A DNA stretch of 64,000 nt from Lytechinus pictus (taxonomy: Eukaryota): contig NC_087251.1 in NCBI RefSeq assembly GCF_037042905.1, forward strand, positions 310,001 to 374,000, given 5' to 3'. A program made the translations under genes and the position numbers. This document shows positions 63,672-64,000 of the stretch, piece after piece (position 1 is the stretch's first letter; each line of letters opens with the position of its first letter). A model generated the notes under the pieces. The model did no database searches. It saw only the letters and a program-made list of their open reading frames with translations, and was not told where the DNA came from.

Positions 63672-64000
63672 ATCCCTGCATTCACACCGCCCTGAAACAT
63701 ACCCTTCGGGATAAGTTCCTGAAGTTACGAGCATGCGCAGTATGGTCTGATAAGCAGCAAGGCGCGAAATTCAAAATCACTAGCCCAGCAGCAACCCATG
63801 CACGGCGCCGCACCCAACGACACGCTGGGCTAAAAGTTCCCGTAATTTGCTTTCAGACCGCCAAAATACCCACGACCTTGGAAAAATCCCCGCGAAAGTT
63901 CTCGTAATTTCGCCAAGTACCTACTATTTATCGGGTATTTTCTTTCGGGGATATTACGCGTAGTTTGCTTTCACACCGCCAAAATACCTGGTATTTTCTG
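63672..64000. mobile_element. Harbinger-like MITE, runs off the window
   Basis: TGCATTCACACC start and repeated GCTTTCA(C/G)ACCGCCAAAATACC. Confidence 0.45.

Overview
AT-rich eukaryotic (animal) genomic DNA, probably echinoderm/sea-urchin-like. That assignment is inferred from the repeat landscape and not verified. No intact host gene is visible; most of the window is nested, decayed transposable elements. Retroelements: four CR1/L2-group LINE remnants, a Penelope-like element (RT C-terminus + GIY-YIG) whose pseudo-LTR carries a minimal variant hammerhead ribozyme (3 copies in the window), and an RTE tail. DNA elements: a decayed Sola2 transposon, many non-autonomous elements with readable TIRs/TSDs (Kolobok-, hAT-, Harbinger-, Tc1/mariner-, EnSpm- and MULE-like) and three HINE/pearl-type elements. 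There is also a 28-copy 110-bp satellite. The most unusual signal is a ~177-bp SINE-like insert (54776-54952) with a 7SL/Alu-domain-like head, a B box, a Nin/Deu-domain-like hairpin and a (CA)n tail. Nearly all ORF-track entries outside the LINE/PLE/Sola remnants are artefacts. All coordinates and alignments were read by eye.
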